Shown: in pieces, positions 16,148 through 28,358 of the stretch
Layout: the number at the start of each line of letters is the position of its first letter
Numbering within the stretch: the first letter of the stretch is position 1
UHGV virus genome: UHGV-1976995
Reading direction: 5' to 3' (one strand)
DNA length: 34,204 nt
Origin: a virus
The notes under the pieces: model-generated
Told to the model about the DNA's origin: nothing
The model's input: only the letters and a program-made list of their open reading frames with translations
The model's database searches: none
Program-made: the position numbers and the translations under genes

Positions 16148-16581
16148 GCAGAGTCACCGCGATTATCTCCGCTCTGGTTATCTGCATCATCGTCAGCCTG
16201 TCATGGGCTGTTAATCATTACCGTGATAACGCCATGACCTACAAAGAGCAGCGCGATAAGGCCACATCCACAATCGCTGACATGCAGAAGCGTCAACGTG
16301 ATGTAGCAGAACTTGACGCCAGATACACAAAGGAGCTTGCTGATGCTAACGCGACTATCGAAAGCCTCCGTGCTGATGTTTCTGCTGGGCGTAAGCGCCT
16401 GCAAGTCGCCGCCACCTGTGCAAAGTCAACGACCGGAGCCAGCGGCATGGGCGATGGAGAAAGCCCAAGACTTACAGCAGATGCTGAACTCAATTATTAC
16501 CGTCTCAGAAGTGGAATCGACAGGATAACCGCGCAGGTTAACTACCTGCAGGAATACATCAGGACGCAATGCCTTCGATGA
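16144..16581 (+). CDS. Rz: i-spanin Rz
   Basis: N-terminal transmembrane helix then coiled-coil; N-terminal 30 aa match lambda Rz, the remainder diverges. Confidence 0.8.
   Translation: MSRVTAIISALVICIIVSLSWAVNHYRDNAMTYKEQRDKATSTIADMQKRQRDVAELDARYTKELADANATIESLRADVSAGRKRLQVAATCAKSTTGASGMGDGESPRLTADAELNYYRLRSGIDRITAQVNYLQEYIRTQCLR
16343..16528 (+). CDS. Rz1: o-spanin Rz1 (lipoprotein) embedded in the +1 frame of Rz
   Basis: ATG at 16343 with an AGGAG RBS; signal peptide with lipobox VSAC followed by a Pro-rich segment. Confidence 0.6.
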   Translation: MLTRLSKASVLMFLLGVSACKSPPPVQSQRPEPAAWAMEKAQDLQQMLNSIITVSEVESTG

Positions 16582-16741
16582 TAGCGATAATTTTACTCAT
16601 CATCCTTCACATCTGGCTCTGTAGACAGGGTGATGATCACTTCTGGAGTGAATCCAGATTAAACATCTCATTGCTGATGCTTGATATTGAGCATATGGCG
16701 CGCGGTAAGGGGCTGCGTTGAGATAAGAGCCAGTTCATTAC

Positions 16742-16778
16742 AAAGCCTATCTACGGGTGGGCTTGATAATGAAACCGG
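16742..16778 (+). repeat. left copy of an imperfect direct repeat (about 35 bp) flanking the Gp49-like gene
   Basis: TTACAAAGCCTATCTACGGGTGGGCTTGATAATG; right copy at about 17345..17385 (TTACAAAAGCCATTCCCTACAGAGTGGCTTTGATAATGG). Confidence 0.4.
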
Positions 16779-16959
16779 AATTTATTCTGGGCAACCAGTT
16801 ACGGCAGTACAGCGAAACAACCCAAGCCAGTAAGTGGGGAAATAACACTGGCAGCCACTGAAAGATGAACCTCCTGCCTTATGGCAAAAAAGATTCTTTG
16901 TGGTGGCGGACTGATGGAAAGACATCCTAATCAAGCAACCACTCCACAGGGTCATAATT

Positions 16960-17340
16960 ATGAACGACCAGCAAATCGAAAAAGAAATCGTTGAGAAAGG
17001 CACAACGGCACCGCGAATCACTCCGCAGCACATCGAAGACGTGATTAAAAGCGAGCATTACTTTACTGCTTATGATGGACGTAATGGTGCCATCTCCAGC
17101 AACGAATATTGTGGCAGGGAAAAACCAGAAGAAGGCGATCGTGATTTATCACCATTGAAGTTGCTCACTTTCTGCGTACTGGTGCTGAAGAATGGCTTCA
17201 CCGTCACCGGAGAGAGTGCCTGTGCAAGCCCGGAAAACTTTGATGCAGAAATTGGTCGGAAGATTGCCCGGCAAAATGCTGTAAACAAAATCTGGATGCT
17301 CGAAGGTTACTTGCTGAAGCAGAAGCTAAGCGAACAGTAG
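16960..17340 (+). CDS. Gp49-like phage protein, function unknown
   Basis: 126-aa ORF between lysis and packaging genes, flanked by imperfect direct repeats; family assignment from memory, low certainty. Confidence 0.45.
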   Translation: MNDQQIEKEIVEKGTTAPRITPQHIEDVIKSEHYFTAYDGRNGAISSNEYCGREKPEEGDRDLSPLKLLTFCVLVLKNGFTVTGESACASPENFDAEIGRKIARQNAVNKIWMLEGYLLKQKLSEQ

Positions 17341-17344
17341 TTAT

Positions 17345-17385
17345 TACAAAAGCCATTCCCTACAGAGTGGCTTTGATAATGGCTT
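17345..17385 (+). repeat. right copy of the direct repeat flanking the Gp49-like gene
   Basis: Shares TTACAAAGCC...GGCTTTGATAATG with the left copy; each copy can fold as AAAGCC/GGCTTT stem-loop. Confidence 0.4.
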
Positions 17386-17443
17386 ATACCCTACACGGGA
17401 TAACTTAACTAATATCCCTTTTAACGGATAAACGGAGCCAACA

Positions 17444-17686
17444 ATGGCAGAGATTATTCCCATGACTGAAGAACAGAAATTCCAGTTAGAGATTTACAAA
17501 CTGGTCATGAACCAGAACGCAGCTGCAGAGGAAGCATTTCAGTTCATTGGCACTGACGAACTGAAGCTTGAGCTATTCAAAATTCACTTCCAGTCAGGCG
17601 GCGCTAATTCGGATATCACGACCCGCACTATCGAAGCGGTGCGTAAATCGAAGGAAGCGTTAGACCTGTTCACCACCGGAGCATGA
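17444..17686 (+). CDS. hypothetical protein (80 aa)
   Basis: Track ORF; AACGGAG RBS; acidic. Confidence 0.45.
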   Translation: MAEIIPMTEEQKFQLEIYKLVMNQNAAAEEAFQFIGTDELKLELFKIHFQSGGANSDITTRTIEAVRKSKEALDLFTTGA

Positions 17687-17687
17687 T

Positions 17688-17867
17688 GTGAGCCGCGTAA
17701 TCAATTTGGGTAAGGAGAAGAAATTCCCAATTACTCAAGAGCTATACGAGCGGCTGGAAAGCGTCATCCATGATTACGATGGTGAAATCAGTTTATGCGA
17801 GGCGATTGGCACACTCGAATTGCTGAAGCAGTCACTGATTGAAGGCGCGAAAGAGTCCTCAGCCTGA
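17688..17867 (+). CDS. small hypothetical protein (59 aa, GTG start)
   Basis: Hand-translated from a GTG 2 nt after the upstream stop; weak GGAG RBS. Confidence 0.25.
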   Translation: MSRVINLGKEKKFPITQELYERLESVIHDYDGEISLCEAIGTLELLKQSLIEGAKESSA

Positions 17868-17890
17868 AATAACAACTAAGTGAGATGAAT

Positions 17891-18379
17891 ATGGCAGCAC
17901 CAAAGGGCAACCGATTTTGGGAGGCCCGCAGTAGTCATGGGCGAAACCCGAAATTCGAATCGCCTGAGGCGCTGTGGGCTGCTTGTTGTGAATACTTCGA
18001 GTGGGCTGATGATAACCCGCTATGGGAGGGTAAGGTATTTTCATATCAGGGAGAAATAATTAAGGCTAATGTCCCTAAGATGCGAGCCATGACTATTTCA
18101 GGATTGTGCACCTTCCTTGATATCACCAGGCAAACATGGGGAACCTTCCGGTCAATGGAAGGTTTTTCTGACGTCACATCACGAGCGGAAGACATCATCT
18201 ACGACCAGAAATTCTCTGGAGCAGCCGCTGACCTTCTCAACGCTAACATCATCGCCCGTGATTTGGGCCTCAAAGAGCAGTCGCAAGTTGAAGACGTGAC
18301 ACCTGATAAGGGAGATCGCGATAAGCGACGCTCTCGTATCAAGGAGCTATTCAACCGTGGAACTGGACGCGATTCTTGA
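17891..18379 (+). CDS. terminase small subunit (P22 gp3-like)
   Basis: N- and C-terminal thirds match P22 gp3 from memory, middle segment differs; start set to the second ATG by RBS spacing. Confidence 0.8.
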   Translation: MAAPKGNRFWEARSSHGRNPKFESPEALWAACCEYFEWADDNPLWEGKVFSYQGEIIKANVPKMRAMTISGLCTFLDITRQTWGTFRSMEGFSDVTSRAEDIIYDQKFSGAAADLLNANIIARDLGLKEQSQVEDVTPDKGDRDKRRSRIKELFNRGTGRDS

Positions 18380-19856
18380 TAACCTGAGCGACGAAGAGCA
18401 AATCGAGTTGCTCGAGCTACTCGAAGAAGAAGAGAACTACCGGAACACACACCTGCTATATGAATTTACGCCATACAGCAAACAGCGTGAGTTCATCGAC
18501 GCCGGACATGACTATCCAGAGCGATGTTTTATGGCTGGTAACCAGCTTGGTAAGTCATTTACTGGTGCTGCTGAAGTCGCGTTTCACCTTACTGGGCGTT
18601 ATCCGGGAACAAAAGGCTATCCGGCTGATGGTAAATATGGCGGTGAGTGGAAAGGTAAGCGTTTCTGTGAGCCTGTTGTCTTTTGGATTGGTGGCGAGAC
18701 AAACGAGACTGTAACCAAAACGACTCAACGCATCCTGTGCGGTCGTATCGAAGAGAATGGTGAGCCAGGCTATGGTTCCATACCTAAAGAAGACATCATT
18801 AGCTGGAAGAAGTCTCCTTTCTTTCCGAACCTTGTTGATCATCTTCTGGTTAAGCATCACACGGCTGATGGCGTTGAAGATGGCATTTCAATCTGCTACT
18901 TCAAGCCATACTCGCAAGGCCGTGCTCGCTGGCAGGGTGACACAATCCACGGCGTGTGGTTTGACGAAGAGCCACCATACAGCATTTATGGCGAAGGTCT
19001 TACCCGTACCAACAAATACGGGCAATTCTCAATTCTGACGTTTACCCCGCTGATGGGGATGTCTGACGTTGTTACCAAGTTCCTGAAGAATCCAAGCAAG
19101 TCGCAGAAAGTGGTCAACATGACCATCTATGACGCTGAGCACTACACCGACGAGCAGAAAGAGCAAATCATCGCATCCTATCCTGAGCATGAGAGAGAGG
19201 CGCGTGCTCGCGGTATTCCTACGATGGGTAGCGGGCGAATCTTCCAGATACCGGAAGAGACGATTAAGTGTCAGCCGTTTGAGTGCCCTGATCACTTCTA
19301 CGTAATTGGCGGGATGGATTTCGGATGGGATCACCCGCAGGCGCAGGTTCAGCTTTGGTGGGATAAGGACGCAGACACAATCTACGTTTCACGCGTGTGG
19401 AAGGCGAAAGAAAAGACAGCCGTTCAGGCGTGGGGAGCTGTTAAATCATGGGCGCATAAAGTGCCAACCGCATGGCCTCATGACGGAAACCAGCATGAGA
19501 AGGGCGGTGGTGAGCAGCTCAAAGGGCAGTATGCAGACGCTGGATTTATGATGTTGCAGGAGCATGCGACATGGCCTGATGGCGGTAATGCTGTTGAGCC
19601 TGGCATCACTGAATTGCGAGACATGATGCTCGATGGTCGCTTCAAAGTATTCAACACCTGTGAGCCATTCTTTGAGGAGTTCCGCCTCTATCACCGTGAT
19701 GAAAACGGGAAGATCGTCAAGCTTAACGACGACGTGCTATCCGCCGTTCGCTATGCATACATGATGCGCCGCTTCGCAAAAATGATGCGCGACATCAAAA
19801 AACCAAAAGAGAAAAAGATACCAGCCCCAATCAGGCCCATCGCACGGAGAACTTAA
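18357..19856 (+). CDS. terminase large subunit (P22 gp2-like)
   Basis: 499 aa; GTG start behind AAGGAG; N-terminal acidic [20 protein letters not shown] segment and ATPase/nuclease organisation typical of P22-like TerL. Confidence 0.9.
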   Translation: MELDAILDNLSDEEQIELLELLEEEENYRNTHLLYEFTPYSKQREFIDAGHDYPERCFMAGNQLGKSFTGAAEVAFHLTGRYPGTKGYPADGKYGGEWKGKRFCEPVVFWIGGETNETVTKTTQRILCGRIEENGEPGYGSIPKEDIISWKKSPFFPNLVDHLLVKHHTADGVEDGISICYFKPYSQGRARWQGDTIHGVWFDEEPPYSIYGEGLTRTNKYGQFSILTFTPLMGMSDVVTKFLKNPSKSQKVVNMTIYDAEHYTDEQKEQIIASYPEHEREARARGIPTMGSGRIFQIPEETIKCQPFECPDHFYVIGGMDFGWDHPQAQVQLWWDKDADTIYVSRVWKAKEKTAVQAWGAVKSWAHKVPTAWPHDGNQHEKGGGEQLKGQYADAGFMMLQEHATWPDGGNAVEPGITELRDMMLDGRFKVFNTCEPFFEEFRLYHRDENGKIVKLNDDVLSAVRYAYMMRRFAKMMRDIKKPKEKKIPAPIRPIARRT

Positions 19857-22022
19857 ATGGCCGACGAAAACAGACTCAATTCCATTCTGTGTAAGTTTGA
19901 CGCAGACTGGATGGCGAGCGATGAAGCCAGAACCGAGGCGACAAATGACCTGTATTTTAGCCGAGTGTCGCAATGGGATGACTGGCTATCAAACTACACC
20001 ACCCTGCAGTATCGCGGACAATTCGATGTTGTCCGCCCGGTTGTCAGGAAGTTGGTCGCAGAGATGCGCCGGAACCCTATCGACGTTCTCTTCCGACCAA
20101 AAGACGGTGCTAATCCTGATGCTGCCGATGTGCTGATGGGGATGTATCGTACTGATATGCGCCATAACACGGCAAAAATTGCCGTTAACGTTGGCGTTCG
20201 TGAGCAGATAGAGTCCGGCGTTGGTGCATGGCGTCTGGTCACGCAGTACGAAGACAACGATCCAACAAGCAACAATCAGGTAATCCGACGCCTGCCAATC
20301 CATGAGGCCTGCTCACACGTCATATGGGACGCAAACAGCAAGCAGATGGATAAGAGCGACGCTAAGCACTGCACGGTGATTAACGCTTTGTCACGCAATG
20401 GCTGGAAAGAGTTCGCAGAGGATTACGGTATTGATCCTGACACGCTGCCATCTTTCCAGAATCCGAACGATACATGGCTGTTTCCGTGGGTATCGAATGA
20501 TGTCGTCTACGTCGCTGAGTATTACGAGGTCGAAGAGAAGAAAGAGAAGGTCTTCATCTACCGCGACCCGCTGACAGGTGAGCCGGTCAGCTATTACCAG
20601 CAAGATATCAAAGACGTCATCGACGACCTGGCTAATCGTGGATTCATTAAGGTAGTAGAGCGCAAGGTGAAGCGTCGGCGTGTGTATAAGTCGATCATCA
20701 CCTGCACGCAGATACTGAAAGACCGCGAGAAGATAGCCGGAGAGCATATTCCAATCGTTCCAGTGTATGGCGAATGGTCATTCGCTGGTGACAAGGAGTG
20801 CTACGAAGGAGTGGTAAGGCTGACGAAAGACGGTCAGCGCCTTCGTAACATGATCATGTCATTCAACGCCGATATTGTTGCTCGTTCACCGAAGAAGAAA
20901 CCGACCTTCTTCCCTGAGCAAATCGAAGGCTACGAATACATGTACGGTGGAAATGATGACTATCCGTACTATCTGCAGAACAAGACCGATGAAAACGGTA
21001 ACGACCTGCCGATTGGCCCAATCTCCTACATGGAAAACCCTGAAGTGCCGCAAGCCAACGCTTACATGCTTGAGGCTGCCACCAACGCAGTGAAAGAGGT
21101 GGCTAGTCTTGGTGTGGATGCGCAGGCAGCAAACTCTCAGGTCGCTTTCGATACCGTCAATCAACTGAACATGCGGGCAGACCTTGAGACATACGTGTTT
21201 CAGGATAACCTAGCTACCGCAATGCGACGTGATGGCGAGATTTATGCCTCAATGGTCAACGATATTTATGACGTTCCTCGCCATGTAACGCTGACACTTG
21301 AAGATGGTAGCGAGAAAGACGTTCAACTCTACGCGCAAGTTGTCGATTACCAGTCCGGCAATGTGGTCACACTCAACGACATTCGCGGTCGCTATGAGTG
21401 CTATACAGACGTTGGACCATCCTTCCAGAGTATGAAGGAACAGAACCGCGCAGAGATTCAGGAGTTGCTCACCAAGGTTCCGCAAGGTACTCCAGAGTTC
21501 CAGATGCTGATGCTGCAATACTTCACGCTGCTTGACGGTAAAGGCGTCGAGATGATGCGAGAGTACGCGAACAAGCAACTGGTGATGATGGGGCTGAAGA
21601 AACCAGAAACACCTGAAGAGATGGAGATGGTACAGCAGGCTCAACAGCAGCCGCAGCAGCCATCAGCAGAGCAAATTCAGGCGCAGGGTATCCTTCTGCA
21701 AGGTCAGGCTGAATTGCTCAAGGCAGAGAACCAACAGGCGCAGATTCAGGTTGAAGCCGCCAAGGTTGAAGCCCAAAACCAACTCAACGCCGCGAAGATT
21801 GCAGAAATCTTCAACAATATGGACCTCGACAAGCAGGCAGAACTGCGTGAGTACCTCAAGCTCGTAGGTCAATTCCAGCAACAGCGCAGCAAAGATGCTC
21901 GTGCTAACGCTGAGCTGCTTCTTAAAGATGCAGACCAGACTCATTCACAACGCATGGATTTCGCGAATCTTATGCGTCAAGTTCAAATCCCCTCCGGCGG
22001 AGTAGCCGAGACACCTCAATAA
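19857..22022 (+). CDS. portal protein (P22 gp1-like)
   Basis: 721 aa with long Gln-rich C-terminal helical region; strongly similar to the P22 portal from memory. Confidence 0.9.
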   Translation: MADENRLNSILCKFDADWMASDEARTEATNDLYFSRVSQWDDWLSNYTTLQYRGQFDVVRPVVRKLVAEMRRNPIDVLFRPKDGANPDAADVLMGMYRTDMRHNTAKIAVNVGVREQIESGVGAWRLVTQYEDNDPTSNNQVIRRLPIHEACSHVIWDANSKQMDKSDAKHCTVINALSRNGWKEFAEDYGIDPDTLPSFQNPNDTWLFPWVSNDVVYVAEYYEVEEKKEKVFIYRDPLTGEPVSYYQQDIKDVIDDLANRGFIKVVERKVKRRRVYKSIITCTQILKDREKIAGEHIPIVPVYGEWSFAGDKECYEGVVRLTKDGQRLRNMIMSFNADIVARSPKKKPTFFPEQIEGYEYMYGGNDDYPYYLQNKTDENGNDLPIGPISYMENPEVPQANAYMLEAATNAVKEVASLGVDAQAANSQVAFDTVNQLNMRADLETYVFQDNLATAMRRDGEIYASMVNDIYDVPRHVTLTLEDGSEKDVQLYAQVVDYQSGNVVTLNDIRGRYECYTDVGPSFQSMKEQNRAEIQELLTKVPQGTPEFQMLMLQYFTLLDGKGVEMMREYANKQLVMMGLKKPETPEEMEMVQQAQQQPQQPSAEQIQAQGILLQGQAELLKAENQQAQIQVEAAKVEAQNQLNAAKIAEIFNNMDLDKQAELREYLKLVGQFQQQRSKDARANAELLLKDADQTHSQRMDFANLMRQVQIPSGGVAETPQ

Positions 22023-22035
22023 GAGAGAGTTAACC

Positions 22036-22947
22036 ATGGACCAAACCACCGACATTCAGGCTTCTGAAGAATTAACCCTGCCCGGCAATCATGCAGCGGC
22101 ATCTGCTGATGGCTTAGTTGTCGATAATGCCAACGACAGTGCAGGTCAGGAAGAAGGCTTTGAGATTGTCCTGAAAGACGATGAGAAACCAAAACAAGAC
22201 CCGGCAACTAATGCTGAATTTGCCCGTCGCCGCATCGAACGCAAACGCCAGCGTGAGCTTGAGCAGCAGATGGAAGCGGTTAAGCGTGGAGAGTTGCCGG
22301 AGCACCTGCGGGTGAACCCTGAGTTACCAAAACAACCAGACCCTAACGATTATCTTTCCGAAGATGCACTGGCTAAGTACGACTATGACCAGAGCCGCGC
22401 ACTGGCTGCCTTCCAGCAGGCAAACAGTGAATGGCAGATCAAGGCTATGGACGCACGAAGCCAGGCTGTCGCCGAGCAGGGTCGCAAAACTCAGGAGTTC
22501 ACCCAGCAATCAGCGCAATACGTCGAGGCAGCCCGTAAGCACTACGACGCAGCGGAAAAGCTCAATATCCCTGACTATCAGGAGAAAGAGGATGCATTCA
22601 TGCAACTGGTGCCGCCAGCAGTCGGTGCCGACATCATGCGCCTCTTCCCGGAGAAATCCGCTGCTCTCATGTATCACCTTGGTGCTAATCCTGAGAAAAC
22701 ACGCCAGTTGCTGGCGATGGACGGGCAATCCGCGCTGATTGAACTCACTCGACTGTCAGAACGTTTAACTCTCAAGCCTCGAGCAAAGCCTGTTTCAGAA
22801 GCCCCGTTACCTGATGAACCCATTCAGGGACACGCTGTTGCTGCAAATATCTCTGCGATTGAAAAGCAGATGGAAGCGGCAGCAAACAAAGGGGATGTAG
22901 AGACGTACCGCAAGCTTAAGGCGCAACTGAATAAAGGAATTCGATAA
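22036..22947 (+). CDS. scaffolding protein (P22 gp8-like)
   Basis: 303 aa, helical, charged, between portal and coat. Confidence 0.8.
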   Translation: MDQTTDIQASEELTLPGNHAAASADGLVVDNANDSAGQEEGFEIVLKDDEKPKQDPATNAEFARRRIERKRQRELEQQMEAVKRGELPEHLRVNPELPKQPDPNDYLSEDALAKYDYDQSRALAAFQQANSEWQIKAMDARSQAVAEQGRKTQEFTQQSAQYVEAARKHYDAAEKLNIPDYQEKEDAFMQLVPPAVGADIMRLFPEKSAALMYHLGANPEKTRQLLAMDGQSALIELTRLSERLTLKPRAKPVSEAPLPDEPIQGHAVAANISAIEKQMEAAANKGDVETYRKLKAQLNKGIR

Positions 22948-24242
22948 TGGCATTAAATGAAGGTCAACTGGTCACATATGCTCTGGATGAAATCATCGAA
23001 ACCGTCCAGAACCTGACGCCAATGGCGTCCAAAGTGACAAAATACACCCCTCCGGCAGAATCAATGCAGCGTTCAAGCAACACCGTGTGGATGCCTGTTG
23101 AGCAGGAAGCGCCAACCCAGACTGGCTGGGATTTAACTGACAACGCAACCGGGATTCTGGAACTCTCCGTGAAATGCAACATGGGCGATCCGGATAACGA
23201 TTTCTTCGAGCTTCGTGCAGATGACCTGCGTGATGAGCGTTCTTACCGTCGCCGCATCCAGGCATCCGCCAAAAAACTGGCGAATAACATTGAGTCAGCA
23301 ATTGCCAAACAGGCAACTGAAATGGGCTCGCTTGTTGTTCACGATACCCGCGCAATTGGTCCATCTACTGGCCTGTCTGGATGGGATTTTGTGTCTGATG
23401 CAGAGCGACTGATGTTCTCCCGTGAGCTAAACCGCGATATGGGCATCAGTTACTTCCTGAATCCTGACGATTACCGCAAAGCAGGCCGCAACCTGGTAGA
23501 TGGTGACATCTTCGGTCGCGTTCCTGAAGAAGCGTATCGCAACGGTACTATTCAGCGTCAGATTGCTGGCTTTGATGAAATTCTTCGCTCACCGAAACTT
23601 CCGGCAGTTACCAAGTCAACCGCTACTGGTGTAACTGTGTCTGGAGCGCAGAAGTTTAAGCCGCAGGCATACACCCTTGATACCGATGGTAACAAGGAGA
23701 ACGTCGACAACCGTGTTGCAACGGTGACCGTATCCTCCACCACCGGATTTAAGCGCGGCGACAAAATCAGCTTCACTGGTGTGAAATTCCTGTCTCAGAT
23801 GGCGAAGAACGTGCTGACTGATGATGCGACTTTCTCAATCACCCGAGTGATCGATAGTACTCACATCGAAATCACGCCGAAGCCGATTGCGCTGGATGAC
23901 GCGTCACTGACAAAAGAAGAGAAGGCTTACGCTAACGTAAACACCTCTCTTGCTAATACCACTCCGGTAAACGTTCTGAACGTGGCAACAACCACCGCTA
24001 ACGTGTTCTGGGCTGATGACTCAATCCGCCTGCTGTCTCAGCCGATTCCGGTAACCCATGAACTGTTTGCTGGCATGAAAACTTCTTCCTTCAGCATTCC
24101 AGGTATTGGTGTTAACGGCATCTTCGCAACGCAGGGTGATATCAACACTCTGTCTGGTAAGTGCCGTATTGCTGTGTGGTATTCAGCATGTGCTGTACGA
24201 CCAGAGGCAATTGGTGTTGGTCTGCCTAACCAGGCTGCGTGA
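22947..24242 (+). CDS. major capsid (coat) protein (P22 gp5-like)
   Basis: 431 aa with high similarity to P22 coat along its length (recollection); followed by a strong terminator. Confidence 0.9.
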   Translation: MALNEGQLVTYALDEIIETVQNLTPMASKVTKYTPPAESMQRSSNTVWMPVEQEAPTQTGWDLTDNATGILELSVKCNMGDPDNDFFELRADDLRDERSYRRRIQASAKKLANNIESAIAKQATEMGSLVVHDTRAIGPSTGLSGWDFVSDAERLMFSRELNRDMGISYFLNPDDYRKAGRNLVDGDIFGRVPEEAYRNGTIQRQIAGFDEILRSPKLPAVTKSTATGVTVSGAQKFKPQAYTLDTDGNKENVDNRVATVTVSSTTGFKRGDKISFTGVKFLSQMAKNVLTDDATFSITRVIDSTHIEITPKPIALDDASLTKEEKAYANVNTSLANTTPVNVLNVATTTANVFWADDSIRLLSQPIPVTHELFAGMKTSSFSIPGIGVNGIFATQGDINTLSGKCRIAVWYSACAVRPEAIGVGLPNQAA

Positions 24243-24249
24243 TAACCAG

Positions 24250-24273
24250 AGGGAGCTTCGGCTCCCTTTTTTA
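24250..24273 (+). terminator. intrinsic terminator after the coat gene
   Basis: GGGAGC-TTCG-GCTCCC followed by TTTTTTAT. Confidence 0.6.
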
Positions 24274-24286
24274 TCTGGAGACAAGC

Positions 24287-24578
<292 letters not shown>

Positions 24579-24601
<23 letters not shown>

Positions 24602-25079
24602 TTTAGTTCTTGCGGCATTACGTAAGCTCGGTGTGGCATCAAATGCCACGTTAACCGATGTCGAACCGCAGTCTATGGAAGACGGCGTCAACGACCTTGA
24701 AATGATGATGGCTGAATGGCTTGGCGGTGATGTGTCACCTGGTATCAACGTTGGCTACATTTTCGCTGATGCAGATGTCGCTCCAGATCCGGGCGATGAG
24801 CACGGTTTATCAAATAACGCTATCAATGCCGTCATTTTCAACCTTGCCTGCCGCATTGCTCCGGATTATGCGCTGGAAGCGTCTGCAAAACTTATAACCA
24901 CTGCCAGATACGGGAAAGAGAGACTCGTCAAACTGTCTGCAATGGACAGAGCAAAAGCCGCTAAATGTAAGTCCGGTTATCCAAACCGTATGCCTGTTGG
25001 TAGTGGTAACCAGTTGGCGAAGTGGAACGGTTGGAATTACTTCCAGCGAAAGGAACCTTGCGATAACGGGAGCGAATAA
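24579..25079 (+). CDS. head completion / tail accessory protein (P22 gp4-like)
   Basis: Track ORF 24423..25079 trimmed to the ATG at 24579; [33 protein letters not shown]... resembles P22 gp4. Confidence 0.8.
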
Positions 25080-26497
25080 TGCCGATTCAGCAACTTCCGC
25101 TTATGAAAGGTGTCGGCAAAGACTTTCGAAACGCCGACTATATCGACTATCTGCCAGTGAATATGCTGGCAACCCCCAAAGAAATCCTCAACAGCAGTGG
25201 ATATCTTCGCTCATTCCCTGGCATTGCCAAACGCTCTGATGTGAATGGTGTATCGCGCGGTGTCGAGTACAACATGGCGCAGAATGCTGTTTATCGCGTT
25301 TGCGGTGGCAAGTTGTATAAGGGCGAAAGCGAGGTCGGTGATGTTGCCGGAAGTGGTCGCGTATCAATGGCGCATGGTCGAACATCTCAGGCGGTAGGCG
25401 TTAATGGTCAACTGGTCGAGTATCGCTATGATGGAACGGTTAAAACAGTCTCAAACTGGCCTACAGACAGCGGATTCACACAGTACGAGTTAGGCTCAGT
25501 CCGCGACATTACGCGCTTACGTGGCCGTTATGCGTGGTCAAAAGACGGCACCGATTCATGGTTTATCACTGACCTTGGAGACGAATCGCATCCTGACCGA
25601 TACAGCGCACAATATCGGGCAGAATCACAGCCTGACGGCATCATCGGCATCGGAACATGGCGAGACTTCATCGTCTGCTTTGGCTCATCGACGATTGAAT
25701 ATTTCTCCCTGACGGGGGCAACCACCGTTGGTGCCGCTTTGTATGTCGCACAGCCATCGCTGATGGTGCAGAAAGGTATTGCCGGGACTTACTGCAAAAC
25801 ACCATTCGCTGATTCTTATGCGTTCATCAGCAATCCGGCAACAGGTGCGCCGTCTGTATACATCATCGGCTCCGGTCAGGTATCACCAATCGCCAGCGCG
25901 AGCATTGAGAAAATCCTCCGCTCCTACACTGCTGATGAACTGGCTGATGGCGTGATGGAATCGTTGCGGTTTGATGCTCATGAGTTGCTGATTATTCACC
26001 TGCCGCGCCATGTTCTGGTGTACGACGCATCTTCAAGCGCCAATGGCCCACAATGGTGTGTGCTGAAAACAGGCTTATATGACGATGCGTACCGCGCTAT
26101 TGACTTCATTTACGAAGGAAATCAGATAACGTGCGGCGATAAGCTGGAGTCCGTGACCGGGAAATTGCAATTCGACATCAGCAGCCAGTACGACAAGCAA
26201 CAGGAACATCTTCTGTTTACTCCGCTGTTCAAAGCGGATAACGCCAGAGTGTTCGACCTTGAGGTTGAATCTTCAACTGGAGTTGCGCAGTATGCTGACC
26301 GCCTTTTTCTCTCTGCAACCACTGACGGCATCAATTACGGGCGTGAGCAGATGATTGAGCAGAATGAACCGTTCGTTTACGACAAACGTGTTTTGTGGAA
26401 GCGAGTAGGGCGCATCAGGAAAAATGTCGGCTTCAAATTGCGCGTTATCACGAAGTCACCTGTCACTCTGTCTGGTTGCCAGATAAGGATTGAGTAA
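25079..26497 (+). CDS. tail accessory protein (P22 gp10-like)
   Basis: 472 aa, high similarity to P22 gp10 from memory; TAATG overlaps at both ends. Confidence 0.85.
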   Translation: MPIQQLPLMKGVGKDFRNADYIDYLPVNMLATPKEILNSSGYLRSFPGIAKRSDVNGVSRGVEYNMAQNAVYRVCGGKLYKGESEVGDVAGSGRVSMAHGRTSQAVGVNGQLVEYRYDGTVKTVSNWPTDSGFTQYELGSVRDITRLRGRYAWSKDGTDSWFITDLGDESHPDRYSAQYRAESQPDGIIGIGTWRDFIVCFGSSTIEYFSLTGATTVGAALYVAQPSLMVQKGIAGTYCKTPFADSYAFISNPATGAPSVYIIGSGQVSPIASASIEKILRSYTADELADGVMESLRFDAHELLIIHLPRHVLVYDASSSANGPQWCVLKTGLYDDAYRAIDFIYEGNQITCGDKLESVTGKLQFDISSQYDKQQEHLLFTPLFKADNARVFDLEVESSTGVAQYADRLFLSATTDGINYGREQMIEQNEPFVYDKRVLWKRVGRIRKNVGFKLRVITKSPVTLSGCQIRIE

Positions 26498-27198
26498 TGG
26501 CTGATTCGAATCTCAATGAGCCGGTAACAATTCAGGCGACGCGGCTCGATACATCAATCCTTCCGCGCAATATATTCAGCCAGTCTTACCTACTATATGT
26601 CATAAATCAGGGGGCTGATGTCGGTGCAATTGCCGGGAAGGCAAATCAGGCTGGTCAGGGCGCTTATGATGCCCAAGTAAAAAACGATGAACAGGATGTC
26701 GAACTGGCTGACCACGATGCAAGAATCACCGCAAACACAAAAGCGATAAATCTCCTTGAGGTCAGGTTAACAACCGCCGAAGGGAAGATAGTCGTACTGC
26801 GTAGCGATGTTGATTACTTGCTGGATGAGGTTATCGATATTCAGGCGCATCTGGTCACTGTTGACAAAAGACTGGATGGCGTAGAAAGCGATGTATCTGA
26901 CATTAAGAGTGATTACGTATCGAAAACTGTAACCGAATCGCAGTCTCTTGCGTCACCGCTGGATGTAAAAACATCATATTCAGTTGATGGAATTCAGGTT
27001 GTTGGAGCAAGAAATACCGGATGGACTGCAGCCACAGGTACGCCACTTCTTGGCTCATTCAACGCTAACCAGTCATACACTGTCGGCACTACGTACACAC
27101 AATCCGAAGTCGCAGCTCTCGCTACAGGTTTGCAGCAGGCGCGGCAGCGTATTCTGGCGCTTGAAACGGCACTTAGATTACATGGGCTGATTGACTGA
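26497..27198 (+). CDS. tail needle protein (P22 gp26-like)
   Basis: 233 aa; N-terminal about 60 aa and C-terminal about 70 aa match P22 gp26, central coiled-coil differs. Confidence 0.8.
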   Translation: MADSNLNEPVTIQATRLDTSILPRNIFSQSYLLYVINQGADVGAIAGKANQAGQGAYDAQVKNDEQDVELADHDARITANTKAINLLEVRLTTAEGKIVVLRSDVDYLLDEVIDIQAHLVTVDKRLDGVESDVSDIKSDYVSKTVTESQSLASPLDVKTSYSVDGIQVVGARNTGWTAATGTPLLGSFNANQSYTVGTTYTQSEVAALATGLQQARQRILALETALRLHGLID

Positions 27199-27653
27199 TG
27201 ATTACATTCAAACCAACGCGAAACATCGACCTGATCGAAGCAGTCGGAAATCACCCTGACATTATTGCCGGAAGCAACAACGGTGATGGATACGACTACA
27301 AGCCTGAATGCCGTTACTTTGAGGTTAACGTGCACGGTCAGTTCGGCGGAATTGTTTACTATCAGGAGATTCAGCCGCTGACCTTTGATTGCCACGCCAT
27401 GTACCTGCCAGAGATTCGCGGATTCAGCAAGGAAATAGGGCTGGCGTTTTGGCGATACATTTTGACCAACACCACCGTTCAGTGCGTCACATCATTTGCT
27501 GCACGCAAATTCCGCCACGGGCAGATGTACTGCGCAATGATTGGCCTTAATCGTGTAGGAACCATCAAGAAATACTTCAAAGGCGTGGATGACGTGACAT
27601 TTTACAGTGCTACACGCGAAGAACTAATCGAATTCCTGAATCACGGGAGATAG
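27198..27653 (+). CDS. gp14-like protein (ejection/assembly associated)
   Basis: 151 aa in the gp14 position between needle and ejection genes; assigned by synteny. Confidence 0.5.
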   Translation: MITFKPTRNIDLIEAVGNHPDIIAGSNNGDGYDYKPECRYFEVNVHGQFGGIVYYQEIQPLTFDCHAMYLPEIRGFSKEIGLAFWRYILTNTTVQCVTSFAARKFRHGQMYCAMIGLNRVGTIKKYFKGVDDVTFYSATREELIEFLNHGR

Positions 27654-27655
27654 CC

Positions 27656-28348
27656 ATGTTATATGCATTTAAGCTGGGCAGAAAACTGCGCGGCGAGGAA
27701 CCTTATTGCCCTGAAAAAGGCGGGAAAGGTGGCAGTTCTGATAAAAGCGCAAAGTATGCAGCAGAAGCCCAGAAGTATGCCGCAGACCTGCAAAATCAGC
27801 AGTTCAACACCATCATGAACAACCTGAAGCCGTTTACTCCTCTGGCTGATAAGTATGTCGGCAGCCTCGAAAACTTATCGTCTCTGGAAGGGCAAGGTCA
27901 GGCACTTAACCAGTATTACAACTCTCAGCAGTACAAAGATCTTGCTGGTCAGGCTCGCTATCAGAGTCTGGCGGCAGCGGAAGCAACAGGTGGATTGGGT
28001 TCCACTGCAACCGGTAATCAGTTAGCAACAATCGCACCAACGCTTGGTCAGCAATGGCTATCTGGTCAGATGAACAACTACCAGAATCTGGCAAATATTG
28101 GTCTTGGCGCACTGCAAGGTCAGGCAAACGCCGGGCAGACATATGCCAACAACATGAGTCAGATTTCGCAGCAAAGTGCGGCTCTTGCAGCGGCAAATGC
28201 CAACAGACCATCAGCAATGCAATCTGCTATTGGCGGAGGTGCGTCTGGTGCTATTGCTGGGGCCGGACTTGCGAAATTAATTGGTTCATCAACTCCGTGG
28301 GGGGCTGCGATCGGCGGCGGTCTTGGTCTGCTTGGCTCGTTGTTTTAA
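27656..28348 (+). CDS. ejection protein (P22 gp7-like)
   Basis: 230 aa, Gln/Ala/Gly-rich with C-terminal hydrophobic Gly-rich segment; synteny. Confidence 0.7.
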   Translation: MLYAFKLGRKLRGEEPYCPEKGGKGGSSDKSAKYAAEAQKYAADLQNQQFNTIMNNLKPFTPLADKYVGSLENLSSLEGQGQALNQYYNSQQYKDLAGQARYQSLAAAEATGGLGSTATGNQLATIAPTLGQQWLSGQMNNYQNLANIGLGALQGQANAGQTYANNMSQISQQSAALAAANANRPSAMQSAIGGGASGAIAGAGLAKLIGSSTPWGAAIGGGLGLLGSLF

Positions 28349-28358
28349 GGGGTAATCA

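Noticed and set aside
16578-16724. 48-aa hydrophobic ORF starting on the Rz stop codon ([13 protein letters not shown]...)
   Set aside because: Only coupling supports it, with no RBS, and lambda has non-coding sequence here; kept as a low-probability micro-ORF rather than a feature.
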